From the NCBI GenBank assembly GCA_965213775.1, contig CBDCAC010000002.1, positions 194,982-258,981 on the forward strand: a DNA stretch of 64,000 nucleotides, written 5' to 3'. The DNA comes from an uncultured Lichenicoccus sp. (lineage in GTDB: Bacteria; Pseudomonadota; Alphaproteobacteria; Acetobacterales; Acetobacteraceae). Every line of letters begins with the position of its first letter. Within the stretch, counting starts at the first letter, position 1. The position numbers were made by a program, and so were the translations under genes. Positions 20,338-30,040 of this stretch are shown here, in pieces. The notes beneath the pieces are model-generated. The model was not told where the DNA came from. It saw only the letters and a program-made list of their open reading frames with translations, and ran no database searches.

Positions 20338-22380
20338 CTAGACGTCGAGCAGCTCCACGTCGCGGGCGTGCTCCTGGATGAACTGGAAGCGCAGCTCCGG
20401 CCGCCGGCCCATCAGGCTCTCGACCATGGTGCTGGTGCGGGCGCGGTCCTCGGCGTGCGCCACCACCTTGAGCAGGGTGCGCCGGTCGGGATCCATGGTG
20501 GTCGACTTGAGGTCCGCGGTCGGCATCTCGCCGAGCCCCTTGAAGCGGCTAACCTCCACCTTGGCGCCGGCCTTGAAGGATCTCAGCTTGCGCTCGCGGT
20601 CGCGATCATCCATCGCATATACCGTCCTGGCCCCCTGGGTGAGGCGGAACAGCGGCGGCTGCGCCAGATAGAGGTGGCCGAGCCGGATCAGCTCGGGCAG
20701 CTCGCGGTAGAAGAAGGTCATCAGCAGCGAGGCGATGTGGGCGCCGTCGACGTCGGCGTCGGTCATGATGATGACGCGGCCGTAGCGCAGCCGGGCGATG
20801 TCGGCCTGCGCGCCGACGCCGCAGCCCAGCGCCTCGACCAGGTCGCGCAGCTCCTGGTTCTGGCGCAGCTTCTCGGTGCTGGCGCTGGCGACGTTGAGGA
20901 TCTTGCCGCGCAGCGGCAGCACCGCCTGGGTCTCGCGTCGGCGCGCCTGCTTGGCCGAGCCGCCGGCGCTGTCCCCCTCGACCAGGAAGATCTCGGTCTC
21001 GGCGGCGCGCTCGCTGGTGCAGTCGGTCAGCTTGCCGGGCAGGCGCAGCCGCCGGGTCGCGGACTTGCGCGGCGTCTCCTTGAGCTCGCGCAGCCGCCGC
21101 CGCTCCTCGGCGCGCTCGACGATGAAGGCGAGCAGGGCGTCGGCCTGCGCCGGATGGCCCGACAGCCAGTGGTCGAAGCGGTCGCGCAGCGCGGTCTCGA
21201 CCAGACGCGTCGCCTCGTTGCTGGTCAGCTTCTCCTTGGTCTGGCCCTGAAACTGCGGCTCGCGGATGAACACCGAGAGCTTGGCGGCGACGGCGCCGAA
21301 CAGGTCCTCGGCGGTGACCTGCAGGGCGCGCTTGTTGTGCCGGTGCTCGCCCCAGGCGCGCAGGCCGCGCAGCAGCGCGTTGCGGAACCCGGTCTCGTGG
21401 GTGCCGCCCTGCGGCGTCGGGATAGTGTTGCAGAAGCTGGCCAGCGCCGCCTCGCCGGACTCCAGCCAGGCGATCGCCCATTCCAGCCGTCCGGTGGCGG
21501 CACCCGATGCGGTCGGCAGCTCGGCCTCGCCCGACCAGGGTTCGGCCAGGCTGCCGGCCTCGCCGATCTCGTCGCGCAGGCTGTCGGCCAGCCCGCCGGG
21601 GAAATGCAGCAGCGCCTCCGCCGGCACCTCCTCACCGCCGCGCGCGGGCGGCCCGAGCAGGCTCGCCTCGCAGCTCCAGCGCAGCGTGACGCCGCGGAAC
21701 AGGAACGCCTTGGAGCGGCACAGCCGGTAGAGCCGCAGCGGGTCGAACTGCAGCGCCCCGAAGATCGCGTCATCGGGAACGAAGCGGACCATGGTGCCGC
21801 GACGGTTCTGGGTGGCGCCGATCCGGGCGAGCTTGCCCAGCGGCCGGCCGCGCTCGTACTCCTGGCGCCACACCGCGCGGTCGCGCGCCACCTCGACCTC
21901 GAGCCGCGACGACAGCGCGTTGACCACCGACGAGCCGACGCCGTGCAGCCCGCCGGAGGTGGCGTAGGCCTGGCCGGAGAACTTGCCGCCGGAGTGCAGC
22001 GTGGTGAAGATCACCTCCAGCGCCGAGCGATCGGTAAATTTCGGATGGCGATCGACCGGGATGCCGCGCCCGTTATCGCGCACCGTGAGACGGTTGCCGG
22101 CTTCGAGCGCGAACTCGATCAGGCTGGCATGGCCGGCCACCGCCTCGTCCATGGCATTGTCCAGGATCTCGGCGGCGAGATGATGCAGCGCGGTCTCGTC
22201 GGTGCCGCCGACATACATCCCCGGCCGGCGGCGGACCGGCTCCAGCCCCTCCAGCACTTCGATGTCGCGGGCGCTGTAGCTGGCGTCGGCGGGCGGCGAC
22301 GGCACGGCGGCCGGCTTAATGGCTGGCTTCACCCTGGCGGACGGCCGGCGATCGGGGAGGCGCGAAGAGAACTCGTTCAT
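20338..22380 (-). CDS. parE: DNA topoisomerase IV subunit B
   Basis: YSARDIEVLEGLEPVRRRPGMY, EILDNAMDE, SGGLHGVG, VEGDSAGGSAKQAR, IMTDADVDG, SRFKGLGEM; short ParE-like length. Confidence 0.92.
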   Translation of the reverse strand: MNEFSSRLPDRRPSARVKPAIKPAAVPSPPADASYSARDIEVLEGLEPVRRRPGMYVGGTDETALHHLAAEILDNAMDEAVAGHASLIEFALEAGNRLTVRDNGRGIPVDRHPKFTDRSALEVIFTTLHSGGKFSGQAYATSGGLHGVGSSVVNALSSRLEVEVARDRAVWRQEYERGRPLGKLARIGATQNRRGTMVRFVPDDAIFGALQFDPLRLYRLCRSKAFLFRGVTLRWSCEASLLGPPARGGEEVPAEALLHFPGGLADSLRDEIGEAGSLAEPWSGEAELPTASGAATGRLEWAIAWLESGEAALASFCNTIPTPQGGTHETGFRNALLRGLRAWGEHRHNKRALQVTAEDLFGAVAAKLSVFIREPQFQGQTKEKLTSNEATRLVETALRDRFDHWLSGHPAQADALLAFIVERAEERRRLRELKETPRKSATRRLRLPGKLTDCTSERAAETEIFLVEGDSAGGSAKQARRRETQAVLPLRGKILNVASASTEKLRQNQELRDLVEALGCGVGAQADIARLRYGRVIIMTDADVDGAHIASLLMTFFYRELPELIRLGHLYLAQPPLFRLTQGARTVYAMDDRDRERKLRSFKAGAKVEVSRFKGLGEMPTADLKSTTMDPDRRTLLKVVAHAEDRARTSTMVESLMGRRPELRFQFIQEHARDVELLDV

Positions 22381-22419
22381 GGTGCGTTCTTGCGTGTCCC
22401 GCACGCGGCGGTCAAGAAC

Positions 22420-22989
22420 TCAGCCCCTGTGGCGGCGCGCGCCGGCGACGCGCGCGCGCCGCAGCGTGCCGCTCGCCCGGGCGGGCGTCGGCGCGGCGCA
22501 GCTATCGTAGGCGGCGGGCTGCACGATGTCCTTGGCCTCGGCGTAGCCGCCGAGGTCGCGGACGCTGTCGAGTGCCGCCACCTCGTCGAACATGCCGACC
22601 CGCTGGTCGCAGAACTGCGTGCCGGCCCGCAGGCCGCGCTCGGATTCGACGTTGGCGAGCTGGGTGATGTAGTCGTCGCGCCGCGTCTGCGCGCCGCGTC
22701 CGTAGGCGTTGGCGAAATACGCCTTGAGCTCGCTCTCCTCGGCGTTCAGGCCCGGGCGGAACTTCTCGACGAACGCGTTGTAGCGATCCTGCGCGCCGCA
22801 GGAGAGTGCCGTCACCATCAGCTCGCTCTTCAGCCCCTGCACGTCGAACGCCTCTCGCGTCGGCGACATCTCGCATCGCGGCACCGCCAGCGCCTGCGTG
22901 CCGCTCAGCGCCACCGCTCCGGCGAGCGACGTCGCGACGAGCCTGGAAAGCATGAGGGGGCGGGCGGCGCCGGCAGCGCGGAATGACAT
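22420..22989 (-). CDS. putative exported hypothetical protein with four Cys
   Basis: GGAG SD; signal-peptide-like N-terminus ending ALA; LKSELMVTALSC...YNAFV...DDYITQLAN. Confidence 0.7.
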   Translation of the reverse strand: MSFRAAGAARPLMLSRLVATSLAGAVALSGTQALAVPRCEMSPTREAFDVQGLKSELMVTALSCGAQDRYNAFVEKFRPGLNAEESELKAYFANAYGRGAQTRRDDYITQLANVESERGLRAGTQFCDQRVGMFDEVAALDSVRDLGGYAEAKDIVQPAAYDSCAAPTPARASGTLRRARVAGARRHRG

Positions 22990-23054
22990 GCGGATCTCCA
23001 GGACGATGACGGCCTCGCGCCGCGAAATCCAGGCTAGGGCAAGCGCGCCCCGGG

Positions 23055-23137
23055 GCAAGCCCCCCGGCGCAAACCCCCGAACGCGAACCCCCGAGCGCAA
23101 ACCCCCCGCGTGCAAACCCCGAGCGCAAACCTCCGGC
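23055..23137. repeat. six 13-15 bp tandem units GCAAAC(C)nGNGC
   Basis: gcaagccccccggc/gcaaacccccgaac/gcgaacccccgagc/gcaaaccccccgcgt/gcaaaccccgagc/gcaaacctccggc. Confidence 0.85.
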
Positions 23138-23263
23138 GCGCCGCTTCACGGCCGCCGGGCTTTCGCAGCGGCGGGGCTTGCTCTACAGGGGCTCGGGCGG
23201 TCGGCCGCCGCGGTCCTGACCCGGACCGGCGCCGGTCGGCCGGACCTGGAGCGGAGCTGTCGA

Positions 23264-23791
23264 GTGCGTCTGCGTGTCGCTGCGATCTGTCTGACCGTCA
23301 CCGGCCTCGCCGGCTGTGCCCACGGACCGCCGCCGCCGCCGCCGCAGGTGGCACCCGATCCCTTCGGCTACCTCAAGCGCTCCGCCCTGTGCAGCCCGGG
23401 CAAGCTCGCGGCGACGCCGCAGGGGCGCATGGCGGCGATGCGCACGCGCAGCGACGGCGGGCTGTGCACGGTCCTGGTCGACCAGCCGGACGGCGGCCCC
23501 TACGCCTCGTTCGTCCTCTCCACCCTGCCGGCGCACGGCAGCAGCTTCATCTACAACTATGGCGGGCGCACCCACGTCACCTACACCGCCGACACCGCCT
23601 ATGCCGGTCCGGACCTGTTCGCGGTCAGCCTGATACCGGGCCAGGGGCGGCCGCGCAGCCTGCTCCGGGTCGAGGTGTCGGCCGACGCGACCGGTGTGCC
23701 GCTGCCGCCGCCGCCGGCGGCGGCGCCGCCGGAGCGGACGACCAAGAAGCCCGCCGCGCATCGCAGGCGCCGCCACGTCAGCCACTCCTGA
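23264..23791 (+). CDS. putative lipoprotein with Ig/cadherin-like segment
   Basis: Lipobox LAGC; PAHGS...[17 protein letters not shown] pattern; Pro-rich linkers; basic tail. Confidence 0.65.
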   Translation: MRLRVAAICLTVTGLAGCAHGPPPPPPQVAPDPFGYLKRSALCSPGKLAATPQGRMAAMRTRSDGGLCTVLVDQPDGGPYASFVLSTLPAHGSSFIYNYGGRTHVTYTADTAYAGPDLFAVSLIPGQGRPRSLLRVEVSADATGVPLPPPPAAAPPERTTKKPAAHRRRRHVSHS

Positions 23792-23825
23792 GGCAACCCG
23801 CCCGCTCCCCGTCCGGCGCGCCGCC

Positions 23826-24866
23826 TCAGGCCTCGGCGCGCGACGCCACCGTGGCGCCGGACCGCTCGGCGTGATCCTGCTCGAGTGCGGCCTCCACGTC
23901 GTCGAGGTCGCGGCGCAGCATCTGCAGGGTGAAGCGGATCGGCACCCCGGCGGTGTCGCCGAGCGAAGCCAGGGTGTGGTCGAGCGTGTCGATCTCGCCA
24001 GCCGCGGCCTGCCGGTCGGGCGGCGTCCCGTCCTGCGCCAGCGCCGCGCAGCGCCGGCGCAAGGCCTCGAACACCTGCCCCAGCGCCAGGCTCGCGGGGT
24101 GCAGCCTGGCCGACGCGGCGGCGTCCGGCAGCTCGTCGATCGCGCGGGTCACGAACAGCACGTCGCTCTGCAGCCGGCGCAGCATCGGCACCAGCCGCAC
24201 CAGCAGCGGATCGGCGGCCTCCAGCGTCCCCAGATGCTCGCGCCTGGCCTCGAGCACCGCGTCGGCGAGGGCGCGCAGCGAGCTCGAGGCGATCTCCGAC
24301 AGTGAATCGCGCGATCGCGTCGCCCCGGCGCCGGACAGCACCTCCTGCAGCAGCGTCTGCAGCGCCTCGAGCATCGCCGAGGCGGCGGCGAACGCGCTCG
24401 CGCGCGCCCGCGAGCGGAACACCAGGTACGAGACCAGCAGCGACGTCGCGGCACCGATCAGGATCGCGACCACCCGGTCGAACGGCCGCTCGAACGCCCC
24501 ACCCGGCGAGGGGAACAGGAACACCACCACCAGGGTGACGCAGGTCAGGCGCAACGTCGGCAGCGCCGCCGCCAGCAGCGCCAGCGGGGTCAGCATCAGG
24601 GCGAACACCGGCAGCTTGGGCCAGCCGAGCAGCGTCAGGCCGATCGCGGCGGTACCGGCGGCGGCACCGATCAGGGTGCCGACGATCTGGTCGCGGCCGG
24701 CGGTCCAGGTGCCGGTGACGCTGTTCGAGGTGACGATCGCGGCCGTGATCAGCGCCCAGCCGGCCTCGTGCAGCCCGCACAGCCAGGCCGCGACGTCGGA
24801 CAGCGCCATCGAGACCAGGGTGCGCACCGCCTGACGCAGCCAGCCGCGGTGCCTGGCCGAGAGCAC
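23826..24866 (-). CDS. FUSC/aromatic acid exporter-like membrane protein
   Basis: [33 protein letters not shown]; N-terminal TM block followed by helical soluble part. Confidence 0.75.
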   Translation of the reverse strand: MLSARHRGWLRQAVRTLVSMALSDVAAWLCGLHEAGWALITAAIVTSNSVTGTWTAGRDQIVGTLIGAAAGTAAIGLTLLGWPKLPVFALMLTPLALLAAALPTLRLTCVTLVVVFLFPSPGGAFERPFDRVVAILIGAATSLLVSYLVFRSRARASAFAAASAMLEALQTLLQEVLSGAGATRSRDSLSEIASSSLRALADAVLEARREHLGTLEAADPLLVRLVPMLRRLQSDVLFVTRAIDELPDAAASARLHPASLALGQVFEALRRRCAALAQDGTPPDRQAAAGEIDTLDHTLASLGDTAGVPIRFTLQMLRRDLDDVEAALEQDHAERSGATVASRAEA

Positions 24867-24896
24867 CGGGGCAGGGCCGGCGCCAGCCGCGACGGA

Positions 24897-26499
24897 TCAG
24901 TTCGGAGTCTTGTCCCGCGTGCCGCGGTCGGTGGTGTCGTGACCCGCGCCCGCTATCGGCAGCGGCACCCAGCGCATGCCGTCGCCGTTCTGCACCAGCA
25001 TCAGCACCGAGGCCCGCTTGGCGTGCCGGGCCTGGGCGATGCGATCGACCAGATCGGCCGGCGTGGAGACCTCCGACTGCTGCACCTCGGCCACCACGTC
25101 GCCGGCGCGCAGCCCGCGCTCGGCGGCGCGCCCGTCCGGGATCACCTCGGTGATCACCACGCCCTTCTGGCCGTCGGCGAGCTGGAAGCGCTGGCGCAGC
25201 GCATCGGTGATGGCGGCGACCTTCATGCCGAGATCGGCCAGGGCCAGCGGTGCCGCGGCGGCGGGGGCGTGCGAGGCGGGATGGCTGTCCGGCTTCGGCT
25301 GGTCCTCGGGGAAGTCGCCGATGACGATCGGCAGCGTCTGCCGCTTGCCGTCGCGCCACAGCGCGAACTGCGCCGTCTCGCCGACCGGGGTCTCGGCCAC
25401 CCGGCGCGGCAGGCTGCGGCCGTCCACGTCGTGGCCGTCGAGCTGCAGGATCACGTCGCCGGTGCGCAGACCCGCCTTCTGCGCCGGGCCCTTGGGCTCG
25501 GTGCCGGCGATCAGCGCGCCGCGCGCCGGCTTGAGGCTGAGGCTGTCGGCGATGTCGGGGGTCACGTCCTGGATGCGCACGCCGATCCAGCCGCGCTTGG
25601 CGCGGCCGAACTTGCGCAGCTGCGCGATCACCAGGCTCGCCTCGTTCGCCCGGGATCGAGAAGCCGATGCCGATCGAGCCACCCGACGGCGAGTAGATCG
25701 CCGTGTTGATGCCCACCACCTGGCCGTCCATGTTGAACAGCGGGCCGCCGGAATTGCCCTTGTTGATCGGCGCGTCGGTCTGGATGAAGTCGTCGTACGG
25801 GCCCTGCTGGATGTCGCGGCCGCGCGACGAGACGATCCCGGCGGTGACGGTGCCGGACAGGCCGAACGGGTTGCCGATCGCCAGCACCCAGTCGCCGACG
25901 CGCGACTTGTCGCTGTCGCCGAACGCCACCGCCGGCAGCTTGCGGTCGGTATGCACCTGCAGCACCGCGAGATCGGTGCGGTCGTCATGGCCGATCAGCT
26001 TGGCCTTGAGCACGGTGTTGTCCTGCAGCGTGACGGTGATCTCGTCCGCACCGTTGATCACGTGGTTGTTGGTCACGATGACGCCCGACGGATCGATGAT
26101 GAAGCCCGATCCCAGCGCCTGCATCTTGCGCGGCGGCGCATTGGGCTCGCCGCCGCCACCGCCGCCATGCTCGCGGTTCATGAAGTCGTGGAAGAACTTC
26201 TCGAACGGCGATCCCGGCGGAAAGGCGGGCATGCCGGGACCAGGACCGGGATTGGGACCGGCACCCGGGCCGTCGTCGTCGTCACCGTCCGGCTGGTCGG
26301 CGGCGACGGTCTCGGTGGAGGAGATGTTGACCACCGCCGGCAGCAGCGAGGCCGCGAGGTCGGCGAAGCTGTCCGGGGCGGCGCGCGCCGCGGCCGGCGC
26401 CGGCGGCGCGATCAGCACCGCGGCCACGGTGGCCTGCAGCGCGCCCGCCTGGAGCATGGAGGCCGCCATCAGGCAGGCGAAACGGGAGGGAGCGCGCAT
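24897..26499 (-). pseudogene. degP: DegP/HtrA serine protease with a 1-nt frameshift near 25650 (true lesion or sequencing error)
   Basis: LGSGFII, TNNHV, DLAVL, GNSGGPL, GIGFSIP in one frame; two PDZ domains ([17 protein letters not shown]) in another; span 1603 = 3n+1. Confidence 0.85.
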
Positions 26500-26726
26500 G
26501 GCGGGGCAGATCCTTGAACGTCGCGAGCTGTGGGGTGCCGGGATGCCGCGGGTGGCGGCGGGGGCGCATCGCGACGTATAGCACGCGAGCTTAGCCCGCC
26601 GCGGCGTCCGCCGCCAACGGCCCGGCGCGGTGCTGGCGGCAACGTGCGGGGGTGCCGCCGCCCGGCCGCGGGTCTGCACCCGGGTCGGGTGACGGGTGCC
26701 TCAGCGCGGCCCGGTCAGGCCGAGCA

Positions 26727-27410
26727 CTAGCGCGGCCCGGCCAGGCCGCCGAGCAGCCAGCCGGCGAGGGCGGCGCCCAGCAGCGCGTAACCCTGGTCGG
26801 CCATGTGCAGCCCGTCCGGCGACAGGCCGTCGCGCGTCTGCCCGGGCACGTCGCACCAGCCCTGCATCAGCCGGTAGCGCGGGAACACCGGCACCACGGC
26901 CTCCTGGCCGATCCGGTGCAGGCCGCTGAGGAAGCGCGGGAACGCCGCGCACTCCTCCAGCGCCCGGCAGTACTGCTGGTCGATCAGCACGATGTCGGCG
27001 TCGCTCTCGCGGCCCAGCCGGTCGAGATCCTCGCGGGTGAGCCGCTCGAAGCGCTCGAGCGGCACCTCCTGCAGCGGATCGTTGCTGCCGGTCTGGAACA
27101 GCACCAGGTCGGGCCGGTCGCCGATCACCGCATCGAGCCGGTCATGCAGATGGAGCGCGTTCTCGCCGCCGATGCCGCGGTTGCTCAGCGCGATGCCGTG
27201 GCGCAGCAGCGTCGGCGCGCGCTCCAGCATCTCGCGCCGCATCACCGCGGCGAAGCCGGCCTCGGCCGACGAGGCGCCGATGCCCTCTGTGGTCGAGGAG
27301 CCGAAGGCGGTGATGCGCCAGGGACGCGCCTGGGCGAGGGCGGCGCTGCCGCGTCGCAGCGCGAGCGGCGGCAGGGCGAGGCCGGTGGCGTCGGAGTCGG
27401 TGTCGCGCAT
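26727..27410 (-). CDS. SGNH/GDSL hydrolase
   Basis: AFGSST, NRGIGG, QTGSND, DGLH blocks. Confidence 0.88.
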   Translation of the reverse strand: MRDTDSDATGLALPPLALRRGSAALAQARPWRITAFGSSTTEGIGASSAEAGFAAVMRREMLERAPTLLRHGIALSNRGIGGENALHLHDRLDAVIGDRPDLVLFQTGSNDPLQEVPLERFERLTREDLDRLGRESDADIVLIDQQYCRALEECAAFPRFLSGLHRIGQEAVVPVFPRYRLMQGWCDVPGQTRDGLSPDGLHMADQGYALLGAALAGWLLGGLAGPR

Positions 27411-27413
27411 GGC

Positions 27414-28595
27414 TCAGGATGCGGCGACCGGCTGCCGCGGGGAAGCCCCCTCGGCATCGCCGGCGGCGCGCGCGCCCGCCGCGCGACGCTGCAGCTTCCG
27501 GCGGTCGAGCCATCGCGCCAGCAGGAACAGGGTGCCGAGCCCGATCACGTTGACCGAGACCTGCAGCAGCCAGCCATTGCCCAGCGTGGCGAACAGCAGC
27601 TTGGCCAGCAGGTCGAGCAGCGTGCCGGCGGAGAACACCTCGAGCGAGTGCCGTCCCAGCACCGCCAGCACCTGGCCGGCGCGTCCCGCGGCGCCGCGGG
27701 CGGCGCGCGGGCTGCTCTGCACCAGGTAGAAGATCGCCAGCACGTCGATCAGCCGCAGCGGCGACAGCGGCGTCTTCAGCGGCGGGTCGATGTCGAGCGG
27801 CGACAGGTTCGGCAGCCCCCAGACCGACCAGGGGAACGCCTGCACGGCGCTGAAGCCGAGATAGCCCCAGGACGCCGCGACCAGCCAGCGCATCCGCGGC
27901 AGGTCGCCGCCGCGCGCCTGGGTGAGGATCGCGGCCATCGCACCCAGGGTGAACAGGAACTGCCAGGCGAACGGGTTGAAGTACCAGCCGTCCGGGTCGA
28001 GCCAGTTCGGCAGGTTGAGCTGCGGCTCGAAGTTCACCAGCAGCCACAGCGCCCCGCTCAGCGCCAGGGCGAGGCGCACCCCGACCCGGCTGGTCCAGTA
28101 GATCAGCGGGAACGTCGCCAGCAGCACGATGTAGAGCGGCAGGATGTTGAGGTTGCCGGGCAGCGCCTGCAGCAGCATCGCGCGCCACAGGCTCTGTACG
28201 CCATGCGCCAGCTCCGGCTCCAGGAAATCGACCGGCACCGCGTGGTAGCGCCGCCACTGCGTGATCACGGCGATGCTCACCAGCAGCATGCCGACCTGGT
28301 AGACGTAGAGCTTGCGGCAGCGTCGCAGCACCCGGCCGATCGCGACGCGGCTGCCGAGCCGTTCGAAGGCGCGGCCATAGGCCAGCATGGAGGCGAAGCC
28401 GGCGAGCAGCACGAAGATCTCGGCGGCATCGCAGAAGCCGAGATTGCGCAGGGTCAGGCGGTTGAGCAGGTTGTCGGGTATGTGGTCGACGAACATCATC
28501 GCCAGCGCCACGCCGCGCAGCGCGTCCACACGATGGTCGCGTCCCTGATCGCGTCCCTGGTCGCGTCCCGGGGCGGCCGGCATGGGTTGCGTCAT
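27414..28595 (-). CDS. opgC: OpgC-family glucan succinyltransferase
   Basis: RVDALRGVAL, DHIP, DAAEIFVLLAG, NILPLYI, FNPFAWQFLF, GRHSLEVF. Confidence 0.85.
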   Translation of the reverse strand: MTQPMPAAPGRDQGRDQGRDHRVDALRGVALAMMFVDHIPDNLLNRLTLRNLGFCDAAEIFVLLAGFASMLAYGRAFERLGSRVAIGRVLRRCRKLYVYQVGMLLVSIAVITQWRRYHAVPVDFLEPELAHGVQSLWRAMLLQALPGNLNILPLYIVLLATFPLIYWTSRVGVRLALALSGALWLLVNFEPQLNLPNWLDPDGWYFNPFAWQFLFTLGAMAAILTQARGGDLPRMRWLVAASWGYLGFSAVQAFPWSVWGLPNLSPLDIDPPLKTPLSPLRLIDVLAIFYLVQSSPRAARGAAGRAGQVLAVLGRHSLEVFSAGTLLDLLAKLLFATLGNGWLLQVSVNVIGLGTLFLLARWLDRRKLQRRAAGARAAGDAEGASPRQPVAAS

Positions 28596-28737
28596 CGGGC
28601 GTGCGGCTCCGTCCTCAACTCGCGCTGCAGCATATGCGTTGCCGCGGTGCGGCTGCCAGTGCGGCGTCGCGCGTCTTACCTTCCGTCACACGATCCCGTC
28701 CCGATCCTGAGCGCACCATCATCTCGAGGAACACATC

Positions 28738-29925
28738 ATGGTCCTGATCGACGAGCAGGCGCTGCTCGAGGCGCTGCGCGGGGTCGAGGATCCCGCGAGC
28801 GGCCGCGACCTCGCCTCCGGCGGCCGCATCGACAGCCTCTCGGTGCAGGGCGAGGCGGTGCACCTGGCATTGCGGGCGACGCGCGACGACGAGGCGGCGA
28901 TGGAGCCGGTGCGGGCGCGCGCCGAGGCGGCCCTGCGCGGCGTGGCCGGGGTGGCCCGCGCCACCGTCAGCCTGACCGCGCACCGGCCACAGGCCGCGCC
29001 GCCCGCCGCCGGGCCGGCCAAACCCAGCGTCGGACAGGCGCCGGCAAGACCCAGCGCCGGCCATGCGCCGATCAAGCTCGGCGGCGGCCAGGCGACGTCG
29101 CAGCCGCTGCTGCCCGGCGTCGCGGCGGTGATCGCCGTCGCGTCGGGCAAGGGCGGGGTCGGCAAGTCCACCACCGCGGTCAACCTCGCGATCGGGATGC
29201 AGCGCCTCGGCCTCTCGGTCGGCCTGCTCGACGCCGACATCCACGGCCCCAGCCTGCCGCGCATGCTCGGCGTGCAGCGCCGGCCGCTGCTGTCGGACGG
29301 GCTGATGCAGCCGATCGACGCCTGGGGCCTGCGCACCATGTCGATCGGCTTTCTGGTCGAGGAGCGCACGGCGATGATCTGGCGCGGCCCGATGGTGATG
29401 GGCGCGCTCGGCCAGCTGCTGGGCGAGGTGGCGTGGGGCGAGCTGGACGTGCTGGTGGTCGACATGCCGCCCGGCACCGGCGACGCCCAGCTCACGCTGG
29501 CGCAGAAGGTGAGGCTGGCCGGCGCGGTGATCGTCTCCACGCCGCAGGACATCGCCCTGCTCGACGCGCGACGCGGGGTCGCGATGTTCGACAAGACCGG
29601 CGTGCCGGTGCTGGGCCTGGTCGAGAACATGTCGTTCTTCTGCTGTCCCAACTGCGGCCATCGCAGCGAGCTGTTCGGCCATGGCGGCGCGCGTCGCGAG
29701 GCGGACGCGCTCGGCGTGCCGTTCCTGGGCGAGATCCCGCTGCTGCTCGAGATACGCAGCAGCGCCGACGCCGGCACGCCGATCATGGCCGACGCCCCCG
29801 ACAGCGAGGCCGGCCGCGCCTATGGGCGCCTCGCCGAGCGGGTGGCGGCGTCGCCCGGGCTCGACCGGCTGCTCAACGCCCGGCGCAGTCGGTCCGCCCG
29901 CTTCCCACGCAGTCCTGGTAGTTGA
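28738..29925 (+). CDS. mrp: Mrp/ApbC Fe-S cluster carrier ATPase
   Basis: SGKGGVGKST, DADIHGPS, WRGPM, DMPPGTGD, ENMS..CPNC. Confidence 0.93.
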   Translation: MVLIDEQALLEALRGVEDPASGRDLASGGRIDSLSVQGEAVHLALRATRDDEAAMEPVRARAEAALRGVAGVARATVSLTAHRPQAAPPAAGPAKPSVGQAPARPSAGHAPIKLGGGQATSQPLLPGVAAVIAVASGKGGVGKSTTAVNLAIGMQRLGLSVGLLDADIHGPSLPRMLGVQRRPLLSDGLMQPIDAWGLRTMSIGFLVEERTAMIWRGPMVMGALGQLLGEVAWGELDVLVVDMPPGTGDAQLTLAQKVRLAGAVIVSTPQDIALLDARRGVAMFDKTGVPVLGLVENMSFFCCPNCGHRSELFGHGGARREADALGVPFLGEIPLLLEIRSSADAGTPIMADAPDSEAGRAYGRLAERVAASPGLDRLLNARRSRSARFPRSPGS

Positions 29926-30040
29926 TCATCGCCTTGACGTAGGGGAACGCGTACAGGCCGCCCGCCATCAGCCCGAGCAGCAGTGCCAGCACGATGAACG
30001 GCGCGAAGTCGGGCAGCTTCGGCGGCGGCTCCGCGGTCAC
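29873..30040 (-). CDS. 55-aa single-pass membrane protein with C-terminal Cys pair
   Basis: GTG overlaps thyX stop (GTGA); [20 protein letters not shown] then [11 protein letters not shown]. Confidence 0.65.
   Translation of the reverse strand: MTAEPPPKLPDFAPFIVLALLLGLMAGGLYAFPYVKAMINYQDCVGSGRTDCAGR

Noticed and set aside
23055-23137. CRISPR or iteron origin
   Set aside because: Units too short, no unique spacers, no rep gene or AT-rich unwinding region
23599-26679. 1026-aa protease fusion ORF
   Set aside because: Product of the degP frameshift running on in a stop-poor frame
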